Shown: positions 7,382 to 16,196 of the stretch, one piece after another
Layout of the letters: each line of letters opens with the position of its first letter
Numbering within the stretch: position 1 is the stretch's first letter
Assembly (NCBI GenBank): GCA_964399335.1
Contig: CAYNQI010000004.1
Coordinates: 1-23,491 of the forward strand
Reading direction: 5' to 3'
DNA from: an uncultured Thermoplasmata archaeon
Lineage (GTDB): Archaea; Thermoplasmatota; Thermoplasmata; Halarchaeoplasmatales; Halarchaeoplasmataceae
Length of the DNA stretch: 23,491 nt
Position numbers and translations under genes: made by a program
Notes under the pieces: model-generated
What the model saw: only the letters and a program-made list of their open reading frames with translations
The model's database searches: none
What the model was told of the DNA's origin: nothing

Positions 7382-8230
7382 TCATATTATAGCTGCTAGT
7401 AGATCAAGTTCATAAACCATTGTTTGTAATGTATCTGTTTCATCTACCACCGGTAACTGGCCGTAATCGTTTCTTCTCATTATTCGGGCAGCTTCGTGGA
7501 TCTCTGTACCGTAGAAAACTGATATAGGTTCCTCTATCATAGCTTCTTTAACCGGAATGTCAGGCAATTCGAACTTGGATTCTTCATAATATAGTTTCAT
7601 TATGTTCTTTAAACCCTGCCAAGACCAGGTATTCTCATCCTGCTCTAAACCAAGTTCTGATATCATCAATTCACCATTGATCTCAGAAAGATTAAACAGA
7701 TCTCTATCTGTGATTATGCCAACAAGAGTTGTATCTTTATTCACAACAGGAAATGCATATATCCCTGTTAACTTCATTGTTTGAAGGGCTATTTTGATAG
7801 GAGTTCCCTCGTACATAGGAACACAAGGGCTACTAGCAGTATCGCCTACTGGTGCATCAATACCAAGCTCTTCAACATATTGCAGCATATCAGCAGTAGT
7901 GATTATGCCTACACATTTATCACCATTTTCTATAACGGGTAAATAATGTACTGATTCCTTCACAAACATGTTGGCAGCCTTTTGTAGAGTATCTTCAGCA
8001 GATATCTTTGGATGGTCCCTTTTATATAGCATAGCAAGCTGTTCCTCATCAGGATGGTCAAAAATATCATGCCTGCTTAGAAATCCTTTTAAGATATCAT
8101 CTTTTACTACAGGGACACCGGTTAATTTATTTTCAACCATTATCTTCATCACATCTCTCCTATTACCTGGTAGCTCTGCTACTACAGGATCTTTTGTCAT
8201 TAAATCTTTAACTTTCTCCATTTCATTCAT
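7382..8230 (-). CDS. Stand-alone protein with four CBS domains
   Basis: LMTKDPV, LTGVPVV, VHYLPVI...GIITTAD, FPVV...GIITDRD, LPVVD; two Bateman modules. Confidence 0.92.
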   Translation of the reverse strand: MNEMEKVKDLMTKDPVVAELPGNRRDVMKIMVENKLTGVPVVKDDILKGFLSRHDIFDHPDEEQLAMLYKRDHPKISAEDTLQKAANMFVKESVHYLPVIENGDKCVGIITTADMLQYVEELGIDAPVGDTASSPCVPMYEGTPIKIALQTMKLTGIYAFPVVNKDTTLVGIITDRDLFNLSEINGELMISELGLEQDENTWSWQGLKNIMKLYYEESKFELPDIPVKEAMIEEPISVFYGTEIHEAARIMRRNDYGQLPVVDETDTLQTMVYELDLLAAII

Positions 8231-8663
8231 CCTCCTTTATCTTTATTACCATAACGGGACATTCTGCATGCCTAATCACTTTTTCAGCAGTACTTCCTAA
8301 TAGCAACCTTGAAAATCCTGAACGTCCATGAGTACCTATTACAATTATATCAGAATCTTCAGATTCTTCAATTATTATCCCTACAGGATGGCCTTCTTTT
8401 ACACTTCTTTCGATATCAACCCCGAACTCATCAGACTTTTCTTCAATTTTATCTAGTACTTCTTCACCTTTATTTTTCATGTGACTTGTAATATTGGTGA
8501 CTAGATCGTCTGGTGGTAGATCTATGAAGGTAGATGTATCTACTACAAATAGAATTTTTGCTTTTGCACCAATTAATCTAGCTAAAGATAGTCCTTTCTC
8601 AACAGCCACGGAATTTGCTTCTGAACCGTCGGTCGGTATCAATATTTTTTTATAGCTTTCCAT
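8223..8663 (-). CDS. uspA: Universal stress protein (UspA family, ATP-binding type)
   Basis: YKKILIPTDGS, GTHGRSGFSRLLLGS (G-2x-G-9x-GS), VIRHAECPVMVI. Start moved to ATG 8663, just after the upstream stop. Confidence 0.95.
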   Translation of the reverse strand: MESYKKILIPTDGSEANSVAVEKGLSLARLIGAKAKILFVVDTSTFIDLPPDDLVTNITSHMKNKGEEVLDKIEEKSDEFGVDIERSVKEGHPVGIIIEESEDSDIIVIGTHGRSGFSRLLLGSTAEKVIRHAECPVMVIKIKEDE

Positions 8664-8664
8664 C

Positions 8665-9714
8665 TTACCACACAATTATATCTTTAATATCCTTTGGGGA
8701 CATTTTTGTTACAACTCCATAATTAGGTTCACAATCTTTTTTCTCCAGCACCATATAGGTGTCCTCTTTAATATCAAAATTTGCAACATTGGAAGAGGGA
8801 TATAAACTTTCCCTTGGATTCCAAGTAGCCATCATTAAAATATCTTCTGCTTTAACACCTCCATTTAACCGGCTCAACCTATAGGCAAGATCCATCTCTT
8901 TAAACATATCTGGTCCAGCTAACATTGCATTATCTGTACCCAAGGATAAAGTGACATTATTTTTTAACATCCACGGTATATCTGGTATTTTACCAAAATA
9001 TATATTACTTCTAGGACAGACCACTATAGGGATGTTTTCATCTACACATATTTGAAGGTCAGCTTGAGTGGCTTCTATCATATGGATCAGATGATGGATA
9101 TCAAATTCACAAATATCTTCCAAAGGTTCTCTAACGTCCTCAGAACAATGTAGAGCAAAAGGCACTCCCAATCTATTTGCCTCCTCCGCAATTTGATTGA
9201 ATTGATCCTTATCCCAATCCCTGTAAGCGCTTAGACCGATACCATCAGAATATGATAATAACTGTTTTAATTCATTTTCATCATATTTCCTATTAGACGG
9301 TCGTCCAAAAATTTGTAATTTGAATCTTTTATCAAGAGCTTTGATCGCCTTTTTTATGATTCTTACACCCTCTAATCCTCCTTCTCTGAATTCGATAGCA
9401 TTTCGCACACCATCTATTATCATTTCATTAAAAAATCTACACATACCCTCAATGATAGTATCATGATCTGCATTTTCAAGTGCCCTATGTTTCAAACCTC
9501 CGGGTCCTACAACTTCTTCTATGGATCCTTCTGGAGCAGTTTTGATAAATGAGTCGCCACTATGTGTATGAGCATTAACAAACGTTGGCACAATTATAGC
9601 ACCTTCACCCTTATCTCCACCCTCTTCAAATTCTACGACTTTACTGTCCTGAATATAAATTTGAGCTTGAACAAAACCTTCTTTCTTTAAGAAAGGACCA
9701 GAGTAACTTTTCAT
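8665..9714 (-). CDS. Amidohydrolase-superfamily metal-dependent deaminase-like protein
   Basis: PTFVNAHTHSGD (HxH), LHCSE (HxxE), later His, LGTDN (Asp); ~350 aa TIM-barrel size. Confidence 0.88.
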   Translation of the reverse strand: MKSYSGPFLKKEGFVQAQIYIQDSKVVEFEEGGDKGEGAIIVPTFVNAHTHSGDSFIKTAPEGSIEEVVGPGGLKHRALENADHDTIIEGMCRFFNEMIIDGVRNAIEFREGGLEGVRIIKKAIKALDKRFKLQIFGRPSNRKYDENELKQLLSYSDGIGLSAYRDWDKDQFNQIAEEANRLGVPFALHCSEDVREPLEDICEFDIHHLIHMIEATQADLQICVDENIPIVVCPRSNIYFGKIPDIPWMLKNNVTLSLGTDNAMLAGPDMFKEMDLAYRLSRLNGGVKAEDILMMATWNPRESLYPSSNVANFDIKEDTYMVLEKKDCEPNYGVVTKMSPKDIKDIIVW

Positions 9715-9736
9715 GTCAATTATAAAGGGAAGTATG

Positions 9737-9744
9737 TTATATAA
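9737..9744 (-). promoter_or_regulatory. TATA box for probably leaderless amidohydrolase-uspA-CBS-glyS mRNA
   Basis: TTATATAA centred ~26 nt upstream of ATG 9714; no SD motif. Confidence 0.55.
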
Positions 9745-9761
9745 GGATTTTATTCAGGTGA

Positions 9762-10556
9762 TTATCTGTTATATAAAGACATACCGCAATCAGGGCATTC
9801 CTCTCTGTTATCTGGAAAGATTTTACCGCATTTTGTACATCTTACAGACAAATTATTACCACAATTTCTACATAACAAAGATTCTTTATTCACAGGCTGC
9901 TTACATCTACTACATTCATAGTTTCTAGCTACTTTTACAGGTTCATCCTCATTCTCAAAGTTTTGATTCTCATTTCTTTTGAAGATCTCCTTATTAGATT
10001 GATCTTCAATAGATTTTACATTATGTCTTTTAGAAAGCCTTTTTCGTTTTTCATATACTATTCCTTTCCTAGCTCTCGGTACTGTGATAAAAGCAAACAA
10101 TAAAGAGATGAAGAACAAGGGTATGGATAAGGCTATGTGAACGTAATTGTATCCCAAACTATAGGTTTCTCCTAAACTATTTATCATAAACAATACTCGG
10201 ATACTGAAGATCAATGTTACAGCGGAGGATAATAATAATGGGATTGAAGACATTATCAAATAATTGGCCAAAAGCTTTTTCTTAATTTTTCTAGCGAGAA
10301 CTCCTACTCTCCCTATCAAGGCAAATAATATACTAAAGCTAAAAGCACCACTAGTGTAGTTTATATTACTATTAATACTCGAAATATTTTCGTCATCAAT
10401 TTCAGACATCTCCATCTTAGAAATCCAAATCCTACCCTCTTCAGTTACTATATCTTCAGTAATCCAAGGAAAGACTGGTGTCAAAATAAGCCCGATCAAA
10501 GCTATATAAAACATGGACATGAGCATATAATCGATCAATTTCTTAGTGATTTTCAT
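9762..10556 (-). CDS. 4-TM membrane protein with C-terminal double zinc ribbon
   Basis: Four hydrophobic segments; CxxC-x10-CxxC twice (CSRC/CRNC, CTKC/CPDC). Confidence 0.8.
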   Translation of the reverse strand: MKITKKLIDYMLMSMFYIALIGLILTPVFPWITEDIVTEEGRIWISKMEMSEIDDENISSINSNINYTSGAFSFSILFALIGRVGVLARKIKKKLLANYLIMSSIPLLLSSAVTLIFSIRVLFMINSLGETYSLGYNYVHIALSIPLFFISLLFAFITVPRARKGIVYEKRKRLSKRHNVKSIEDQSNKEIFKRNENQNFENEDEPVKVARNYECSRCKQPVNKESLLCRNCGNNLSVRCTKCGKIFPDNREECPDCGMSLYNR

Positions 10557-10559
10557 ATC

Positions 10560-11207
10560 TTAATCCACTCCCTTTTTAATTGGCTTTTTTACAGGTCTTT
10601 TAACCTTATCCATTTCACCCTTTTCCTGATGGTTATTAACCTTCTCATCATTTTCCATTTTTGTTTTGAACTTTAAAGCTGATGATTCTTTTTTTATTGC
10701 GCCCATACTAATATTCAGCATGAATACACCAATTGCTGCAAAGGCTAGTGGAGCAGGTGTGAATAATATACCATCAATATCTTCTGACATTATTGTAAAT
10801 CTATTGAAGGATATCATGACCCCTAAATAATAAAGTGATATGAATATGAAATAAATAGATAAAACAACCAAAATATTGGCTAGCACCAATTTTGCCCAAC
10901 TAGATTTAAGTGCCGATATCAATTCTACATCTTCTAGAAAATTTAGTATTATCAAAATCGCACCAGAAAATAAAATCACAAATAGCATTACAAAAAAATC
11001 ACTGCCGACAAATAAATCTCCAAGTGCTAAATCTAAAAGGGCCGATAGTAACTCGTCACCGAGTACTTTAGCCCAAGGTAAAACAAACCCCAAGATCACT
11101 CCCGCCAATGATATAAAAATAAAATAAATACCTGTTTTATACCTTGTACCATCAGATTTTTTACCCCTATATTTATTTCTATATCTCTTTTTGCCTTTCC
11201 TTATCAT
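10560..11207 (-). CDS. 4-TM hypothetical membrane protein with basic termini
   Basis: Four hydrophobic segments, K/R-rich N- and C-termini; 3-nt gap to the downstream gene. Confidence 0.72.
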   Translation of the reverse strand: MIRKGKKRYRNKYRGKKSDGTRYKTGIYFIFISLAGVILGFVLPWAKVLGDELLSALLDLALGDLFVGSDFFVMLFVILFSGAILIILNFLEDVELISALKSSWAKLVLANILVVLSIYFIFISLYYLGVMISFNRFTIMSEDIDGILFTPAPLAFAAIGVFMLNISMGAIKKESSALKFKTKMENDEKVNNHQEKGEMDKVKRPVKKPIKKGVD

Positions 11208-11335
11208 ATTTTCATATTCTCCATAAACAACCCCCCGTATGAATAATACTATAAATATCTTTCATCCATAGATAATTATAAATCCAGTAATTTATACTAA
11301 ACGTTAAATATTGATAATCTTTATAAACTTAAAAG

Positions 11336-11420
11336 CGCCGAGAGAGGGATTCGAACCCCCGAGGTGCAAAGCACCACGAGATCTCCAATCTCGCGCCTTA
11401 CCAGACTGAGCTATCTCGGC
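11336..11420 (-). tRNA. tRNA-Ser(GGA), 85 nt, long variable arm, no intron, CCA not encoded
   Basis: GCCGAGA/TCTCGGC acceptor stem, CGAGA-TTGGAGA-TCTCG anticodon arm (anticodon at 11384-11386), GGTGC-TTT-GCACC variable arm, GGGGG-TTCGAAT-CCCTC T arm, G discriminator. Confidence 0.97.
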
Positions 11421-11464
11421 AGGTGTATCAGCTGTTTATAGGTGAAAACAAGGTGATATATAAT

Positions 11465-12409
11465 CTATTTCCATTTTTTAGGATATTCTCCGACAGGATG
11501 GAAAACTCTATCGGTTTTAACTACAAGACCTTCTTCCATATTCATTATTTCCTCTGCATTATAAACAGATTCACCTATAGCGATACCTTCATTTTTAGTA
11601 GAAATCAGTGATACTGTATCCCCCCTTTCGAAATCGTCCATCTCCAAGATACCAGGAACCGCCAGATCCGCACCATTCAAGATGGAGCCAGCTGCTGTGT
11701 CTTTGATCTTAATTTTGGGAAATACATCTAAAGCCCTTTCATAAGGAACGAGTATTTGTTCTAAATCAATACTAGCGCCTTCCTTATAGGAATCCTGTGC
11801 ATCTTTAATATCCTGTAAAATAAAACTTTCCTCTTCTGTAAAAACACCAGATTTTATCCTGCGAAGGTCCATCATATGACCTCCAGTTCCTAGAGCCTTT
11901 CCAATATCCTTACATAAAGTTCGAATATAGGTACCAGATTCACATCTAACTAAGAACAAATAGTTCCTATCGGTATGATCTAAAATTTCTATTTCATGTA
12001 TAGTCCTGATCCTTCTCTCTCTTTTAACGCCTGATCTTAAAGGAGGCATCTGATAAATTTCACCTTTGAATTCTTCTAAGATCTCTTCAACACTACTAAA
12101 ACTTACATTTCCATGGAAATGTAATGCAGCTACATACTCTTTGGGAACATTATGTAGAAGGTCGATAACTCTTACAGAGTATCCCAAACCCATGGGTAAT
12201 ACACCGGTTACTTGAGGATCCAAAGTTCCACTATGTCCTGCTTTACAATCAAATAAATCTTGAACCCATGAAGAAACCTGATGACTTGTCGGTCCAGCTG
12301 GTTTATCTATTATTATCAAAGATCTTTTCAAAGCTTCCTCTATACTTCTCTGCTCTGGATACTTCCCCCACTCAGATATGGTATTAACCTTCTCTTTAAT
12401 ATGATCCAT
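11465..12409 (-). CDS. cbf5: Pseudouridine synthase Cbf5 (TruB family, PUA domain)
   Basis: IDKPAGPTSHQV, GHSGTLDP with catalytic Asp, CESGTYIRTLC, C-terminal PUA domain. Confidence 0.97.
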   Translation of the reverse strand: MDHIKEKVNTISEWGKYPEQRSIEEALKRSLIIIDKPAGPTSHQVSSWVQDLFDCKAGHSGTLDPQVTGVLPMGLGYSVRVIDLLHNVPKEYVAALHFHGNVSFSSVEEILEEFKGEIYQMPPLRSGVKRERRIRTIHEIEILDHTDRNYLFLVRCESGTYIRTLCKDIGKALGTGGHMMDLRRIKSGVFTEEESFILQDIKDAQDSYKEGASIDLEQILVPYERALDVFPKIKIKDTAAGSILNGADLAVPGILEMDDFERGDTVSLISTKNEGIAIGESVYNAEEIMNMEEGLVVKTDRVFHPVGEYPKKWK

Positions 12410-12944
12410 TTAGAACCCCATCGATAATTTTGGATACGATCTCCTCAGGAGTGTTTTTACTTGAATCGATAACAATATCATATAAATCCGTATCAAGTAA
12501 ATCGATATCATAATAATCTCGATATCTTTTTTTTTCGCTCTTCTCCCTTTGTTTAACCAGTTTTTTTGTCTCCTTTAGATCTTTATCTTCCCTATCTGCT
12601 ATCCTTTTAATGCGAGTCTTAAAGTCTGCTTCTATCCAAACTTTATAAGCATCTTTATCAGATCTAAAGAGCATATGACCCGTTAATCTACCTTCCAATA
12701 TACGACCTGGCTTTGCTTTCCTAACTATTCTTTCGTCGAGTTCTATATCGATGTTTTTATTATTCTCAGCAACATCCCCAAATTCTTCTAAACTGTATCC
12801 TTCTTCTTTAGCTAATTCTCGAAAGATTTCACCAGTGGATATCAACTCCATTCCAGTCTTATCACTAAGAAGTTTAGCTGCTGTACTTGTGCCACTTCCC
12901 GGTAACCCACTTACTGTGATTAATATATTACCAAAATCTTTCAT
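12396..12944 (-). CDS. cmk: Cytidylate kinase (archaeal type)
   Basis: SGLPGSGTST P-loop, STGEIFRELA, ILEGRL, RYRDYYDID; position before cbf5. Confidence 0.92.
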   Translation of the reverse strand: MKDFGNILITVSGLPGSGTSTAAKLLSDKTGMELISTGEIFRELAKEEGYSLEEFGDVAENNKNIDIELDERIVRKAKPGRILEGRLTGHMLFRSDKDAYKVWIEADFKTRIKRIADREDKDLKETKKLVKQREKSEKKRYRDYYDIDLLDTDLYDIVIDSSKNTPEEIVSKIIDGVLNGSY

Positions 12945-13654
12945 TCGACCTCACTCAAATCATCTTCTTTTTTTAATCTCTTTTTAAAGGTAAATATCTG
13001 AAGAGTAACTCTTAATACCTGTCCAAGAGGGATTGACAACAGCATGTAAACCCCTATCCACTGTGGAAAGGGCATTAAACATAGATCATAATTCTTTAAG
13101 AAACTTGCATTAAACGCCCACGGAACTGAAAAAGTATCGTTGGGCAATCCTTCAAGGAAAGTCCATAACCATCCAAATATCGATATTATAACGATCATAG
13201 TTACAGCCATAGACTTGATTTGTGGTTTGAAAGTCTTCATTTGAAGTTTAGAAACTTCAGGTTGGAGTTTTTCCATCCTCTTGACTTTCGTGGTTTTATT
13301 GGCTTTTTTAGCCTCCATCAATTCCTTTTGGAAAGCAGATGTTTTGTGCTGTGTTTCTGCCATATCCACCCAATCGATGAATATATCTCTTGCAAGGGTA
13401 GAAAAAGTTATCATCATAGTACCAGTTAACACAAGAGTTAGAACTGGATAATTACCATTAAAACCAACTAAAGGCTCTAATACAGTCCCAAGTGCAAGAC
13501 CAATAGATGTTCTCATACTTTCATCGAACATCACCATTAAGGTCAATATCCCTAAAAATATGTAGATGAATCTCCTTAAACTAAACAGTTGTTTAGGTTC
13601 TTCATCTTCTCCTATATTTTCCTCGGCTGTACCTTTTTCGCCTTTATCGGTCAT
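12941..13654 (-). CDS. DUF106 (EMC3/TMCO1/Oxa1-superfamily) membrane insertase-like protein
   Basis: TM, coiled-coil (QKELMEAKK...QPEV), TM, WxGVYxLxS; canonical position after secY. Confidence 0.88.
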   Translation of the reverse strand: MTDKGEKGTAEENIGEDEEPKQLFSLRRFIYIFLGILTLMVMFDESMRTSIGLALGTVLEPLVGFNGNYPVLTLVLTGTMMITFSTLARDIFIDWVDMAETQHKTSAFQKELMEAKKANKTTKVKRMEKLQPEVSKLQMKTFKPQIKSMAVTMIVIISIFGWLWTFLEGLPNDTFSVPWAFNASFLKNYDLCLMPFPQWIGVYMLLSIPLGQVLRVTLQIFTFKKRLKKEDDLSEVE

Positions 13655-13685
13655 TTAAACACCTATCTTTGTAAACGGCAACTTA

Positions 13686-15260
13686 TTATTGATTGCCGAA
13701 GAAATCTCTTAATACTGGATGCATCTCCATCATCTGTTCTTTACCCATCTGTTCGTATAACTCTGTCAAAATGCTGATAGCTAGGAAAAGACTGACACCT
13801 CCAGCATCCCCGACTGTTCCAAGTAGATTCGCACCAGCGGCTAGTGTACCTATAAAGAACCCACTGAAAATCGTGATAGCAGGTATATATCTTTTTAACA
13901 CCTTCTGCAAAACCCTTGGATCTCTTCTAAAACCGGGTATCTGCATACCACTATCCTGGATCTGTTCCGCAACTGATTCGGCATCCATATTAGTGGTTCT
14001 TACCCAGAATATTGAGAATAATATACAGAACACTGTCAAAAACAAGAAATTACCTATTACTCTAGCTACTATCTGCAAGCGACTATAAGTCCAGCCTACT
14101 CCTTCTGGAGACATCATAGCTAAATAATCACTAGATAATAATGGAATAAGCCACTCGCTGAGACCTCGTACGTCAGAAATATACCAAACTAGACCTGATA
14201 TCGGCTCGGTTGTACCGGGTTGATAAACTCCTAACCAAGCTTGGCCTCCAAGTAATGGAAAATTCTGAAAGGTCGGATTGGTGTAAAATAACATTGAAAA
14301 AAGATTGATATTTGCCAAGAGCGCATGGGCAAGGATAATTGGAATCACAGATGCGTAGATCAGTTTAAGTGGATAACGTCCTCGAGCTCCTCTTGCTCTA
14401 CCATGTGCTAACGGTAACTCTACCCTTGAAGACTGTACATAAGCTACCATCAAAAATATGAGAATCGTAGTAGGTAGAGTTATCAAAGCATTAGGTGGTT
14501 GCAGTAACAGTGATTCAAAAGTGCCGCCTACTAGTTCTTGAGCAGAAGAATGTTGGAAAGTGTAAATTGCCCTTGGAATGGCACCAACTGGAGCTTCCGT
14601 TCGTCCAGCTGGGTCAGGTGCCCAGTTAAATATACCAGTGAACAGACCTTGTGAAACCCCAGCAACGATGAATAAACTTATCCCGCTGCCTATACCCCAT
14701 TTTGATACCACCTCATCCATAAGGAAAAGAAGGTAACAACCAACTGAAAGTTGTATAACTAGTATCATTCTTGCTAACATTAAACCCTGACCAGCAACTA
14801 TACCATCGAGTGTATTAATGAAACTTTGTCCTGGTACCAAAAATCCATAAACCTGAGGTATAGCTGATACTAGGATCATAACAATTACAAGGAATTTTTG
14901 TGTATTCTGATAAACCGCTTTATCATCTGGATCATTCATATCCAGATTTATTATATCCGCTCCTTGAAAGAGCTGCATGATAATAGATGCATTAACGATA
15001 GGCATGATGCCGAGGTGGACAATAGAACCGGATTCTCCAGCAAAGATCGCTCTAAATTGTTCAAACAAGTCCATCGTTTGTGCTGGATCTAGACCATATA
15101 TCAATATATTCGTCATAGCGAAATATATAACAAGTATCAAAATAGTCCAGATAATCTTCCTCCGAAAATGAACGTGCCCTTCTGGTTGTTTCACCGCAGG
15201 CATCCTGTCCACTAGTGGCTTGAGCTTGTATAACCTGCTCTTTTCTTCATCCTCGGCCAT
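13686..15260 (-). CDS. secY: Protein translocase subunit SecY
   Basis: LGIMPIVNASIIMQL, DEVVSKWGIGSGISLFI, YPLKLIYASVIP, MQIPGFRRD; follows uL15. Confidence 0.98.
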   Translation of the reverse strand: MAEDEEKSRLYKLKPLVDRMPAVKQPEGHVHFRRKIIWTILILVIYFAMTNILIYGLDPAQTMDLFEQFRAIFAGESGSIVHLGIMPIVNASIIMQLFQGADIINLDMNDPDDKAVYQNTQKFLVIVMILVSAIPQVYGFLVPGQSFINTLDGIVAGQGLMLARMILVIQLSVGCYLLFLMDEVVSKWGIGSGISLFIVAGVSQGLFTGIFNWAPDPAGRTEAPVGAIPRAIYTFQHSSAQELVGGTFESLLLQPPNALITLPTTILIFLMVAYVQSSRVELPLAHGRARGARGRYPLKLIYASVIPIILAHALLANINLFSMLFYTNPTFQNFPLLGGQAWLGVYQPGTTEPISGLVWYISDVRGLSEWLIPLLSSDYLAMMSPEGVGWTYSRLQIVARVIGNFLFLTVFCILFSIFWVRTTNMDAESVAEQIQDSGMQIPGFRRDPRVLQKVLKRYIPAITIFSGFFIGTLAAGANLLGTVGDAGGVSLFLAISILTELYEQMGKEQMMEMHPVLRDFFGNQ

Positions 15261-15273
15261 CTTCTATTCGCTC

Positions 15274-15708
15274 CTAATCTTCCTCTGTAATAACGCCTCC
15301 ACCAGCCTCTTCGATTTTCCTAACCGCTTTTTCACTGGTAGAGGGTATTTTAATATTCAACTGGAATCGCGCTTTTCCTTGGCTCAACAACTTATCATAT
15401 CCTGCTTTGCCAAGATCAACTTCATAACCTGATCCTTTCTTCGAAGCGTATCCCATTTCAATAAAATCATCTAATTTCTGTTCAACTTGATATATGTTTA
15501 TTGGTTCTTTCTTTTCAACCAAACTTTGTGGTCTAGAAAAACCTTTAGGACCAAAATAATCTTTATCTTCTTTGACTATGGATTTCCATTTGTGTTTTTG
15601 AAGGCCAGCTTTACCTCGACCACCACGTTCTCCTGCTCCTCTGCCACCTTTGATACCTCGACCGTGAGTGCGTGAACCTCTGTTCTTTTTAGTCTTTTTT
15701 TTACCCAT
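15274..15708 (-). CDS. rpl15: 50S ribosomal protein uL15
   Basis: RGSRTHGRG, GGRGKAG, FGPKGF, KLLSQG, AVRKIEEAGG. Confidence 0.97.
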   Translation of the reverse strand: MGKKKTKKNRGSRTHGRGIKGGRGAGERGGRGKAGLQKHKWKSIVKEDKDYFGPKGFSRPQSLVEKKEPINIYQVEQKLDDFIEMGYASKKGSGYEVDLGKAGYDKLLSQGKARFQLNIKIPSTSEKAVRKIEEAGGGVITEED

Positions 15709-15719
15709 GATATCACTCT

Positions 15720-16196
15720 CTACTTTTTACCTTCATCATTTAACATTTTTTCGAGGATTTTATTTATACTTTTGCCTCTGTATCCAAGCGATCCACCTGT
15801 CTTATAGGGTTTTTTAACACTTTTGAACCCACCTCTAGGGGGGTGTAAAGCAAACATATTTTTTAAATCAGGTACCTCTGTGATTTCAGCCTCACCATTT
15901 AACAATTTTTCCGAAAACTCTTCGATACTATCGTATTCAGTGCTTTTAGACATATACTCATCGGTGAGAGTACCGTTGATATTGGAATTGTGTTTAAGAA
16001 GGGACACAAGAGTATCCTTATCTATTTCACCCCAAGTCACGATATCTTTTATTTTTTTAAGTCCTCCTTTATGGATTTCATCCTGAGGTATTAAGGTACA
16101 GTGATTAACTTTGTTCATTCTCATAGATTTAAGCGCATTCTCCATCCTCTGGGACTTGTTCCTTGGACTTCTTATACGGATAACAGCAAAAACCAT
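15720..16196 (-). CDS. rpl30: 50S ribosomal protein uL30 (long archaeal form)
   Basis: AVIRIRS, TWGEID, LHPPRGGF, LGYRG. Confidence 0.96.
   Translation of the reverse strand: MVFAVIRIRSPRNKSQRMENALKSMRMNKVNHCTLIPQDEIHKGGLKKIKDIVTWGEIDKDTLVSLLKHNSNINGTLTDEYMSKSTEYDSIEEFSEKLLNGEAEITEVPDLKNMFALHPPRGGFKSVKKPYKTGGSLGYRGKSINKILEKMLNDEGKK

Noticed and set aside
6869-9928. Plus-strand ORFs 6869-7075, 7602-7784, 7968-8300, 8309-8491 and 9713-9928
   Set aside because: Antisense to well-supported genes
9762-11336. Island integrated at the tRNA-Ser 3' end
   Set aside because: No duplicate of the tRNA 3' end, integrase or compositional break seen in the window
12396-12944. Cmk P-loop lacks the Walker A Lys (GSGTST)
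   Set aside because: Thr at this position is common in archaeal-type Cmk; not evidence of inactivation
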